From contig JXQG01000002.1 of the NCBI GenBank assembly GCA_001007665.1, forward strand, positions 14,639-78,638: a DNA stretch of 64,000 nucleotides. Reading direction: 5' to 3'. This document shows, piece after piece, positions 1 through 8,564 of the stretch (position 1 is the stretch's first letter; the number at the start of each line of letters is the position of its first letter). The translations under genes were made by a program, and so were the position numbers. A model generated the notes under the pieces. It saw nothing but the letters and a program-made list of their open reading frames with translations. It was not told the origin of the DNA and did not search any database. This DNA is from Candidatus Synechococcus spongiarum SP3 (GTDB taxonomy: Bacteria; Cyanobacteriota; Cyanobacteriia; PCC-6307; Cyanobiaceae).

Positions 1-221
1 TTGACGCTATCCTCCTTCAGCCGCCCAAAAAATTGATCGTCGGTCTCGGATTTTGCAATCGATTTACCAGTCCCTTTAGCCACCTGCTCAGCCAGCCTAC
101 GAAAACTGGGCAGGCTGGCCGGCGGCCCCATCGACACGCCAGCCCAAGTAAACACCACCAGCCGCCCATCTCGCAGAGCATCCAGCAATGCCGGAGGAAA
201 ATCAACGCCTTTGATCTTCAT
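1..221 (-). CDS. SIR2-like (SIR2_2-type) protein; only the N-terminal 73 codons are present and the gene continues past the left window edge
   Basis: A minus-strand ATG at 221-219 opens MKIKGVDFPPALLDALRDGRLVVFTWAGVSMGPPASLPSFRRLAEQVAKGTGKSIAKSETDDQFFGRLKEDSV. This resembles the N-terminal 'LVxFxGAGxS...LPSFxxLA' nucleotide-binding segment of defence-type SIR2 proteins. The start overlaps the methylase stop (ATGA at 218-221). It is missing from the ORF track because it is open-ended. Confidence 0.5.
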   Translation of the reverse strand, partial: MKIKGVDFPPALLDALRDGRLVVFTWAGVSMGPPASLPSFRRLAEQVAKGTGKSIAKSETDDQFFGRLKEDSV

Positions 222-3200
222 GGCGCTTCCCCTCCTGGACTTGGCGATGATCCCTCCACCGCTGCGATCTCCTCGATTGTCAGCCCGTAGAGTTGATAAA
301 CCAGACGGTCAATTTCCGCCTCCAGTGCGCTGGTGTCTGCTGCCGGGTTGGCGGCTTTGGTTTCAAGAATACGATCAATGAGACGTATAAATGGTTGCCG
401 CTCGTCCTTGTTAGTCTTGGGAATTGGGATGAGTTCAACATACACCTTTTTCCAGCGCAGTGTTCCCATACCCGATGTTGGCGCAACTTGTTGAAGATAC
501 CAGCAAGTCAGCTTTGCATTCAGTACGGCACAAAGATATTTGATATGTTCTCCTGTCATGATAAATGTAGTGGCTTCACAATGTATGCCACTATTGTCGT
601 AGGCAAAACGCCCACTTTCAGCCAGTTCAATCCAGATCAGCTTTTCCTTGGCGAAAGTATCAAGATATTCGTCTTTGGGATTATTATCTAATTCCAGCCA
701 GTGATGTTGACCTTCATAATCTGCGGCTGGATTTCTGCTTCCAGAACGTGAGTAGCGGCATTGTCCTCGCGCTCTTAGTTTCTTCTCATACTTCTTCAGA
801 TGTTCATAGACAACAGGATATTCTTTCGGAAACTGTCTGTAGCTTCCAAATTTGACGATAACTAACCACTTTCCTGCCCATCTTGCCCGATAGCGCTGTA
901 TATCTCGTCCCCGCAGCACTGGCTTGAGGATCTCGGCAGACTTGGGGTCAGCAGCAACGAGTGTAGCGCGGGTGCTCTCATCAATGATGAAGGCTACGTT
1001 GAGGCCTGTTATCACTCCCCGGTATATTGTCACGTCCCACTGACGCAACGGAGTCCCTTTATCTTGCATCTTCTCCAAAACGCCGCGCTCTACAACAGGC
1101 AGAATGCTCCAGGGAGCATCCTTTTCCGGCACCACACTGCCCCAAAGCCGGGTTGGAGGTGGGAAGTCTGTGGTTTCCAGTTGCTCCAGGTCCACCGCCG
1201 GGAACGGCTTGGCGTTGCCCCCTTGCCGCAGCAGCAGAATGCTGGAATCCACAATAGCCGACTCGAAAATGTCCTTACCCAATTCCAACAGGGCTGCCGG
1301 AGTGTGGTGTTCGGCCAGGTAGCGGCGGGTCTTCTTGCCGTATTCGGCTTTGAGCCAACTGCTGGAGGTGATGTAGGCCAGAATGCCTTGCTGCGCCCGT
1401 AACATCTGGCAACCCCGTTCATAGAAGAGTTGATAAATATCGCCGGTCTTGGCGAAGGTCACGTAGCCAGCATTCTTGTACAGGTTCCCCAGTTTACCGC
1501 CGTCTTCCTGCAACTGATTGTAGGGCGGATTCCCGATCACCACGTCAAATCCGTCCTGGTTGCCGAACATGTATTTGGCGTCAAACCAGTCTGCTTGAGC
1601 GTTCTGGTCGTAGGGGTCCCAGCGGGAGATGTTTTCAGCGTCGCTGTCCGCCATGCCGATGTGGCGCAGTTCACTGGCCAGGGCGTCCCGCAATTTGCAG
1701 TCTTGCTGCTGGGTGCATAGTTTCAGGTCCCGCGTGTTGGCGTGAAAGTACTGTTCCCGGCTTTGCCGCAGGGCTTGCTCCAGCGTCTGGGTGCGGGGTG
1801 ACGTGAGTACGCCTTGGGAGTTGTCCAGGGCCAGCAGGGTGTCCGCCGCCACGAAACGGGTTTCCAGGTTGGGCAGGGGTTTGACGCCGTAGTTAGCGCT
1901 GGGGTCGGTATTGGGTTGTTGCTCAATGGCCAGGGAGATGAAGAAGCGCAGCTTGGCGATCTGGCAGGCCACGGGCTGGATGTCCACCCCGAAGATGCTG
2001 TTCTGGATCAGGTAGAGCTTGCGCCCGAAATCACCGGAATAACGCTCAAAGGTTTGGCTGATGTCCAGCAATTCATCGTTGCGCTCCTGTTGGTCTTTGG
2101 TGTCGAAGGCCGCGTTTGCCCTGGCGCTGGCCCGCTCTTTTTGCAGGGCTTGCCAGCGGGTGTTGTCCGGGTCCAGGCGTTGCAGGGCCAGGGTGAGTTT
2201 ATGGAGAATGCCCATGGGAAAGGCGCCGGAGCCCACTGCCGGGTCCAACACTTTCAGTTGGGCAATGGCCCCCACAATGCCCTTGGTTTCGCCGTCCTCA
2301 AACAGTTCCTTGGCGTCGTTGAAGGCGTCTTCATAGTCCAGCAAATAGCGCAAGCGCTCTTGCCAGTAGGCTACATTCCCATCATCAGGCTGCACCTTTG
2401 ACCCCAGTGTCGCCACCAGCGCCTCCTCCACCATGGTGTCCACCACGAGGCGGGGCGTGTAGTAGGAGCCGCTTTGCCGGCGGGCGGTCTCCCGGGTTTC
2501 TGGGTTGATGGCGGCCAGCAGGTTCTCGAACACCTTGCCCAGCAGTTCCGGGTCCAGGGCTACTTCCTGCTCGATGGGGGTGTTTTCCTCCACGGTGAAC
2601 TTGTAACGGTTGAAGATGCTCACCAACCCGTCCGCAGCAAAGAACAGGCGGTCGGGAACACTCAGCAGGTTTCTATGGCCGGGATGGTCGGAGAAGCAGT
2701 CAATGCGGTAGCCGCCGGCGCTGGTGGAGTCGAAACTGTCCAGGCAGTCGAAGAGACCACCGTTAATAAAGGGTGTTTTCTTGAAGAGATCCAGCAACCT
2801 TTCAGGATTCTCCATCTCATCTTTATAGCGATAGACGGAAAAGTCTCGGTGTGTGCATTGTTTTTTGGCACTGAAGCCCCGCTTGCCAATCTCGGTGTTG
2901 AGGGTGGCGAAGAACAGGTTTTGCAACACGGCGCGGTAGTAGGAATCGCCTTTAGCCAAGTCGTCGTTCTTCAGTAGCGAGCGCACCTGTTCTTCAATGA
3001 ATAACTCCTCCGCCACCAGCCTCTTCTCCTTGATAAACCACAAGAACAACATGCGGGTGACGAGGCGAATTACGTGCTCCTCCGGCGGCAGCGTGCGCTT
3101 CTGGTTCGTGGGGAATCTGGCCCCCTTCTCCTTGTCCTTGGCGCGGTTGAACCAGCCAAACAGGTCTTTGTAGAAGCGTTTGTTGAGTTCCTGGGTGTCC

Positions 3201-3904
3201 AGGCTGGCCAGCAGGGCCGCCAACAGGCCGTCGAAGTTGCTGGGCTTGGCGTGCTTGTCTATCCACGCCAGGCGATGGGAGAGGGAAAGCTCCTTCAAAA
3301 TCTCCCGATGGGCGCGGTGGGGGTTGCTGGGGTCAATATCCCGAATCAGGGACACGCTCCCCAACACGCGGCGCTGGTTGTCCCGTTTGTGGCGGCGGCG
3401 CTGGACAAAGGTCAACGTGACGAGGCCGCCGGTGGCGCGGAACAGCAGGAAGGCGGGCATGGGGAAGCGCTTGTTGATTTCCCGGGTGAATTCGGCGTAT
3501 TGGCTGCGGGAAATGCTGGCCGTGTTGAGTTCAACGGCGAGGAAAAGGTAGCTTTTGTTGAGTCCTTCGTCGAAGTTTTTCGTATCCAGCGACGTGCCCT
3601 GACTGCTGCCCGATGATTCCTCACGGATTTCCTCGTCCGTCACTTGAAACAGCAGATGAACTGCCGTGGCGTTCTCACGGAACCTTTTTTCCGACGCCGT
3701 TTGTGACGCCGTTTGTTCTGTTGACGCCGGGAATTGGGCAATAAAATCCCCCACCCGGCCACTCTGCCCCGCCAACACCCGGGTGCTGCGGTAGCCCAGC
3801 GCAGCAAACAACCGGGTGGCGGCCTGGGGGAGGGCATACCCAGCGGCCAGGGCAGTCAAGGCGGCCTGGATGGCGGCGTCCAAATCCGGGTTCCGTTCCA
3901 TCAC
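218..3904 (-). CDS. Large N6-adenine DNA methyltransferase with a C-terminal specificity region (Eco57I / type IIG / BREX PglX-like architecture)
   Basis: Uninterrupted 1228-aa ORF. It carries GSYYTPR (motif X-like), LDPAVGSGAFP (SAM-binding motif I) and VVIGNPPYNQ (catalytic NPPY motif IV), followed by about 350 aa of TRD-like C-terminus. A roughly 450-aa N-terminal domain has no obvious nuclease motif. Confidence 0.85.
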   Translation of the reverse strand: MMERNPDLDAAIQAALTALAAGYALPQAATRLFAALGYRSTRVLAGQSGRVGDFIAQFPASTEQTASQTASEKRFRENATAVHLLFQVTDEEIREESSGSSQGTSLDTKNFDEGLNKSYLFLAVELNTASISRSQYAEFTREINKRFPMPAFLLFRATGGLVTLTFVQRRRHKRDNQRRVLGSVSLIRDIDPSNPHRAHREILKELSLSHRLAWIDKHAKPSNFDGLLAALLASLDTQELNKRFYKDLFGWFNRAKDKEKGARFPTNQKRTLPPEEHVIRLVTRMLFLWFIKEKRLVAEELFIEEQVRSLLKNDDLAKGDSYYRAVLQNLFFATLNTEIGKRGFSAKKQCTHRDFSVYRYKDEMENPERLLDLFKKTPFINGGLFDCLDSFDSTSAGGYRIDCFSDHPGHRNLLSVPDRLFFAADGLVSIFNRYKFTVEENTPIEQEVALDPELLGKVFENLLAAINPETRETARRQSGSYYTPRLVVDTMVEEALVATLGSKVQPDDGNVAYWQERLRYLLDYEDAFNDAKELFEDGETKGIVGAIAQLKVLDPAVGSGAFPMGILHKLTLALQRLDPDNTRWQALQKERASARANAAFDTKDQQERNDELLDISQTFERYSGDFGRKLYLIQNSIFGVDIQPVACQIAKLRFFISLAIEQQPNTDPSANYGVKPLPNLETRFVAADTLLALDNSQGVLTSPRTQTLEQALRQSREQYFHANTRDLKLCTQQQDCKLRDALASELRHIGMADSDAENISRWDPYDQNAQADWFDAKYMFGNQDGFDVVIGNPPYNQLQEDGGKLGNLYKNAGYVTFAKTGDIYQLFYERGCQMLRAQQGILAYITSSSWLKAEYGKKTRRYLAEHHTPAALLELGKDIFESAIVDSSILLLRQGGNAKPFPAVDLEQLETTDFPPPTRLWGSVVPEKDAPWSILPVVERGVLEKMQDKGTPLRQWDVTIYRGVITGLNVAFIIDESTRATLVAADPKSAEILKPVLRGRDIQRYRARWAGKWLVIVKFGSYRQFPKEYPVVYEHLKKYEKKLRARGQCRYSRSGSRNPAADYEGQHHWLELDNNPKDEYLDTFAKEKLIWIELAESGRFAYDNSGIHCEATTFIMTGEHIKYLCAVLNAKLTCWYLQQVAPTSGMGTLRWKKVYVELIPIPKTNKDERQPFIRLIDRILETKAANPAADTSALEAEIDRLVYQLYGLTIEEIAAVEGSSPSPGGEAP

Positions 3905-4130
3905 GGTGCCTCCTTGATGACCAGCCAGGTGACCAACTCAAAATCACCGGCGTCTCGCGGCGTTTTCGCTGCCCGGAGCAGCTTGAAACCGGCGTCGCCG
4001 GAGCGGCCCAGGCCGGCGGCTTGCTGGCGGTGGTGGGCTTGGCGGATCTGGGTGATGCAGGCGCTCAAGAGGGTCTCGTAACGCTCCATCCGGCGGCCGT
4101 TTTGGGTCTCCTGGTTGAAACGTTGGCAAA

Positions 4131-4165
4131 GCCGGGTGATGGGCCGGGTGATGGGCCGGGTTTGG
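4131..4165. repeat. 12-bp tandem repeat (gccgggtgatgg x2 plus a partial third copy)
   Basis: Read directly from the sequence. In the helicase C-terminal frame it is an in-frame RPIT-RPIT duplication. Confidence 0.9.
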
Positions 4166-4186
4166 CCGGCGGTGGCGGCGGCGAAG

Positions 4187-4252
4187 GCCGTGAGGATGTT
4201 GCGGGCGCTGCCAGCCGTAGCCGTGAGGATGTTGCGGGCGCTGCCAGCCGTA
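4187..4252. repeat. Perfect 33-bp tandem duplication
   Basis: gccgtgaggatgttgcgggcgctgccagccgta occurs twice back to back (4187-4219 and 4220-4252). In the helicase frame this is an in-frame 11-aa duplication (TAGSARNILTA). Confidence 0.95.
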
Positions 4253-6240
4253 GCGGATGGCGCCGTTGCCTTGGACGTGAACGAGGTAATGGGGATGGAA
4301 GGGACTGGCGGGGCGGTGCTGCTGGTCCGGGCCGGCGTTGCGCTGCCGGAGACAGAAGATCACGCCGGGTTCGTGGGCCTTGCCGTTGTCCCCGGTGACG
4401 GCATAGACGCCGGGGGGCATGGCCTCCAGGGCGGCTTTGTTGCGCTCCAGATAGCGCTGCAGTTGGGTGAGAAAGTCGTCCAGGGTGAAGTCCGCCAACA
4501 CCGGCCCATCCCCCAGGTCCTCCAGGTGGGGGACGTCCTCCCGCAGTTGGCGAAGTTGGTCATCCCGGAAGCGCAGGTCCCGGGCCATGTCCTCTTTGCT
4601 GAAGGGGTCCTCGTCGCCGCTGGCGGTGAGATCCGCCAGGGCCATGCGGGCCTGCACCCGGTTTTGTAGACGCAAATAGGTGTCCATGTCCTCCGTGGGC
4701 CAGTAGTTCACCATGTGTACGGACGGGTTGCGGCTGCCGATGCGGTCAATGCGCCCGAACCGCTGCACCAGCCGCACGGGATTCCAATGGATGTCGTAGT
4801 TCAGGACAGTGTCGCAGTCTTGCAGGTTTTGCCCCTCGGAGATGCAGTCCGTGGCAACGAGCAGGTCAATGGCATGGGTGGCGTCCGTTTCGCAACCCTG
4901 GCGGGCCATGGGGGCAAAGTTGGTCAAGACGGCGTTGAAGTTGCTGGCGCCGGCCGTGGCGTGGGTTTCATCACCGGAGACCATGGCCATGGCGATGCCC
5001 AGGGTCTCGGTCAATCCCTTCAGGTTGTCGTACAAATAGCCGGCCGTGTCCTTGAACGTGGTGAACACCAGCAGCTTGCGGTTGGGCCGGCCGCCCGATT
5101 CCGGGTTGGATGCCTCACCTTGTGGCGGATCCGTTGCTTGAGGTCTTGCAGCTTGACGTCCCGCTCCGGCGTGACGGCAGCCACGCGATCCCGAACCGTG
5201 GACAACATGGCTCTATCGTCCTCGAGGTCGGCTTTCCAGCGGGGGAGGTCCAGTTCAGCGAGCCGGTAGGGATTGCGGCTCCGGTTCACGATAAACTCCT
5301 CGTCTTCCTCGTCATCATCGGGCAGGGTCTCCCCATGGACGAGCCCATGGGTTTGGGATTGATCCCCCTGTTCGTACCGTTCAATTTTGTCCAGCAGATT
5401 GTCAATCTTTTTGATGGTCCGCTCCATGGTGAGCCGTAGGGCGTGGGCGGAGCTTTCCAGGCGTTTGAGCGCGTTGACGCGCATCATGCCCACCAGGAAG
5501 CGTTCGCTGTCTTTCTGGTTGAAGTTTTGCGCTTTGCGCTTGCTCTCCAGCTCGTCAAGCCGTCTCGGATCCATCACGTAGGCGCTGGTCTGGTACACCG
5601 CCAGCTTGAACGCGCCAATCTGCTCCGCAAGATCCTGATAGGAGAGTTCTTCGTTAATGTCGGTGTGAGGGGAGGCATTGATGGGTTTGGCGCGCTGGGG
5701 AAACTGGCCGATGCGTTCCATTTCCTCCCTGTAGAACTGCTCAATCTGGCGGCGGGAGCGGGAGATGGACACCCCGTTCAGCAGCCGCAGGAAATCCGCC
5801 CCCAACTGGTCCAGAAGCTGGGCCTTGTTTGGTTTCCCGTCCTGGGCCTGCTGCTGTTCCCACCGCTTGAACTCCTTCTGCGCCTGGGCCATCAAGGCGC
5901 GGAGACTCCCTACCCCCAGACTGTCTTGAAACGCCTGCTCCCGACCCTCGGTCATCAGATACATCTGATTGCGCAGGTCAATGAGTGAGGTGTTCACCGG
6001 TGTTGCTGACAGCATCAACACCTTGGTTGCGGCGCCGGCCTGGATCACTTCTCCTTCAGCAGACGCTTGTAACGTCCACCGCCGTCGTTGCGGAAATTAT
6101 GGGACTCGTCAATCACGATCAGCTTGTAGTTGCTCCACACTGGGGATGTTTGCACGGTGGACGCCTTGTCCCCTTCCGCCAGCAGTGACCACCAGCAGAC
6201 TCAGCCGGATCCGCTCGACGGTCCATCAACCCCGACGGCC

Positions 6241-6642
6241 TTGACCGATCCTGCCGAGCCTGAGCGACGACCTCGCACCTTCATCGCGGCTCTGGCCACC
6301 CTGGCCGCCATAGCCTGTGCCGTGCTGGCGTTTGCCCTGTACCAGGCCGCCATTGTAGATCCTTACACCCAGGCCGTTCTGGCGTTGGATGGTGATCTGG
6401 GGCAGGGGGGACGGCTGTTTCGCATCAACTGTGCCGGCTGCCATGGGCTGGCGGCGCAAGGGCTGGTGGGCCCCGACCTCCATGGGGTGGCGGATCGTAA
6501 AAGCGACGTCCAGTTGGTGCGGCAGGTGATCAGCGGCAAAACCCCGCCCATGCCCAGGTTCGAACTGGAGCCCCAGGCCATGGCTGACCTTATCAGCCAT
6601 CTCGACCACCTTGAAACCCAACCCGCACCAGCGGCGCCATGA
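6241..6642 (+). CDS. cytM: Membrane-anchored c-type cytochrome (CytM-like)
   Basis: An N-terminal TM helix (FIAALATLAAIACAVLAFALY) is followed by a CAGCH heme-binding motif and PPMP. The track ORF opens at 6130, but that part overlaps the helicase remnant. An in-frame TTG at 6241 is a more plausible start, though this is uncertain. Confidence 0.7.
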   Translation: MTDPAEPERRPRTFIAALATLAAIACAVLAFALYQAAIVDPYTQAVLALDGDLGQGGRLFRINCAGCHGLAAQGLVGPDLHGVADRKSDVQLVRQVISGKTPPMPRFELEPQAMADLISHLDHLETQPAPAAP

Positions 6643-7379
6643 GCGCCCCGCCCCCGTTGGTGGTGGTTCTGGTGGCAACGGCAGGCCCCCTCAACCTGGG
6701 GGCCGTGGCCCGGCTCTGCGCCAACTTCGCGGTGCAGCAACTGCGGCTGGTGGCGCCACGGTGTGATCCCCACGACCCCCAGGCCCTGCGCATGGCTGTC
6801 CATGCCCAGGACACCTTGCGCAACGCCCCTGTTTTCCCCACCCTGGACGCAGCATTGCAGGACTGTGGTCGTGTTGCGGCCTGTTCGGCCCGGGCCACTG
6901 CAGAGCCCCTGCCCACGGCCCCGCCGGAGCAGGTGATGCCCTGGCTTCTCCAGCCCCATCCCCTGCCCGCTGCCCTGGTGTGCGGTCGGGAAGACCATGG
7001 CCTGCACAATGCCGAGCTGCGGCGGGCGGGACGCCTGATTCGCATTGCCACAGCCCCCGCCTACAGCTCCATGAATCTCTCCCATGCCATGGCTGTGGTG
7101 CTGGCAGCCAGTGAGGCGACCAGTGGGGCGGCCAGTCCACAGGCCCGTCATGCCCCCTCTCCCTGTGGAACCGGTCCACTGACGGACCTGTTGGAGGATG
7201 CCGGGGCGCTGCTGCTGGAGACGGGCTTTCTCTGGCCCCATACCGCCGTGGCCCGCATGGCTAAGCTGGAAGAACTCGTACGCCGTGCCGAACCCAGCCA
7301 GGCGGAGCTGGCCCTTCTGCGTGGGATGGTGCGTCAACTGCGCTGGGCGGCACGCCATGGCCCCAAGACCAACCCATAG
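6639..7379 (+). CDS. SPOUT-family RNA 2'-O-methyltransferase (TrmJ/TrmH-like)
   Basis: VVVLVATAGPLNLGAVARLCANFAVQQLRLVAP at the N-terminus, then GREDHGL and a C-terminal SMNLSHAMAVVL knot motif. The start overlaps the cytM stop by 4 nt. Confidence 0.75.
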   Translation: MSAPPPLVVVLVATAGPLNLGAVARLCANFAVQQLRLVAPRCDPHDPQALRMAVHAQDTLRNAPVFPTLDAALQDCGRVAACSARATAEPLPTAPPEQVMPWLLQPHPLPAALVCGREDHGLHNAELRRAGRLIRIATAPAYSSMNLSHAMAVVLAASEATSGAASPQARHAPSPCGTGPLTDLLEDAGALLLETGFLWPHTAVARMAKLEELVRRAEPSQAELALLRGMVRQLRWAARHGPKTNP

Positions 7380-7406
7380 CCGGCATCCTGACCACCAGTA
7401 GCGCCA

Positions 7407-8561
7407 ATGCCCAGATCTTCTCCACAGCGGCATGACACACGGCGACAGCAGCAGCGCTCAACATCGTGGGTGAACGGCTGGCGGCTGCTCTTTCGGTTGG
7501 TGGTGACTGGTGTCGGTGTGGCCGTCCTAACGGGGACCGTCTTGCACCGCTACCGCCCGCCCACGGGCAATGCCGTCCCCATCGCAGATGGATCAGCGCA
7601 ACAGGAGGCCGGCGCCAGCAACCACAGCTCTGAAGCCCGGCTGGTGGGCTGGATCACCACCAGCCTGGGGGCTGGCGCCAGGCTCCATGGTCTGGAAGAG
7701 CGCTTCCAGGCGCTAGCCGCGTCCCAGCCGGATCTGTTGGCGGGAGCCTATGTGGCGGTTCTGGGGGACGGCCAGCACGCCCGCCTGAACTCTGATCGCG
7801 CCACCGCCGCGGCCAGCGCCATCAAAACCCCCCTTCTCCTGCTCACCCTGCTGGCCAGAAGCCAAGGCGAACTCCGCTGGGACGAAACCCTGCAACTGCA
7901 ACCCCACCTGGTGGGGGGTGGTTCCGGCTGGATGGGCTCCGAACCACCCGGTAGCCGCTTTCCCCTCTACATGGCCGCACGGGAGATGATCACCGTGAGC
8001 GATAACACCGCCACCAATCTGCTGATGGAGCGGCTCGGCGGCATGGAGGCGGTGAATCGGCGGTTTCTGGCACTGCGGCTCCGGGGCACACGGGTCAATA
8101 ACTGGTTGCCGGACCTGGGCGGCACCAACACCACCACCCCCAGGGACCTGGCCCTGACGTTGGCCATGGCGGAAAACAGTGCGCTGCTCAGCCAGCAGGA
8201 TCGGGACCGTTTCCGGGCCATCCACGGCAGCTCCCGCCCCAACAGCCTGCTGCCCCTGGGCTTTCTCCAGGGTCTTGCGGGCTTGGGGGTAGCGGCCAAC
8301 GTGGATCAGGCATTGATCGACCGTGGGGTGCGCATCCTCAACAAAACCGGCGATATCGGCACGGCCTATGCGGACGCCGGCACAATTGAGTTACCCGATG
8401 GTCGCCGCGCCGTGGCCGCGTTCCTGGTGGAGGGGACAGAGACAACCCCTTACAACAGCCCCCGAATGCGAAGGCTGATTCAGAACATGGCGGCAGCCAC
8501 AGCCACAGTGCTGATGGAGGCGCCTCCATCAGAGGCGCTGGCCCCGTCCACCCCCCTCTGA
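7407..8561 (+). CDS. Class A beta-lactamase-like serine hydrolase
   Basis: SAIKTP (SxxK), SDNTATN (SDN) and NKTGDIG (KTG) occur in the canonical order. There is an N-terminal TM/signal segment. Confidence 0.7.
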   Translation: MPRSSPQRHDTRRQQQRSTSWVNGWRLLFRLVVTGVGVAVLTGTVLHRYRPPTGNAVPIADGSAQQEAGASNHSSEARLVGWITTSLGAGARLHGLEERFQALAASQPDLLAGAYVAVLGDGQHARLNSDRATAAASAIKTPLLLLTLLARSQGELRWDETLQLQPHLVGGGSGWMGSEPPGSRFPLYMAAREMITVSDNTATNLLMERLGGMEAVNRRFLALRLRGTRVNNWLPDLGGTNTTTPRDLALTLAMAENSALLSQQDRDRFRAIHGSSRPNSLLPLGFLQGLAGLGVAANVDQALIDRGVRILNKTGDIGTAYADAGTIELPDGRRAVAAFLVEGTETTPYNSPRMRRLIQNMAAATATVLMEAPPSEALAPSTPL

Positions 8562-8564
8562 CCC

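Larger units (their letters stand above)
3901..6195 (-). pseudogene. SF2 (SNF2/Res-like) helicase, 5'-truncated and multiply frameshifted
   Basis: Helicase motifs are spread over at least four reading frames. These are KLIVIDESHNFRN (motif II, about 6075-6115), VLMLSATPVN (motif III), LLVATDCISEGQNLQDC and HWNPVRLVQRFGRIDRIGS (motifs V/VI). The true C-terminus (..MERYETLLSACITQIRQ..WLVIKEAP*) ends at 3901 and overlaps the methylase start by 4 nt. No motif I (Walker A) region survives upstream of about 6195. Confidence 0.8.

Noticed and set aside
3944-4400. The Pro/His/Arg-rich tail of the 374-aa ORF (..YGWQRPQHPHGYGWQRPQHPHGLRRRHRRPNPAHHPAHHP..) considered as a possible repeat protein
   Set aside because: It is the out-of-frame reading of the helicase 3' region after a frameshift. 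The apparent peptide repeats are just the 33-bp and 12-bp DNA duplications read in the wrong frame.
6363-7433. 356-aa minus-strand ORF, plus the nested 6593-7051 and 6691-7179 ORFs
   Set aside because: They are antisense to the cytochrome c and SPOUT methyltransferase genes, and their composition is Gly/Arg/Pro/Trp-rich.
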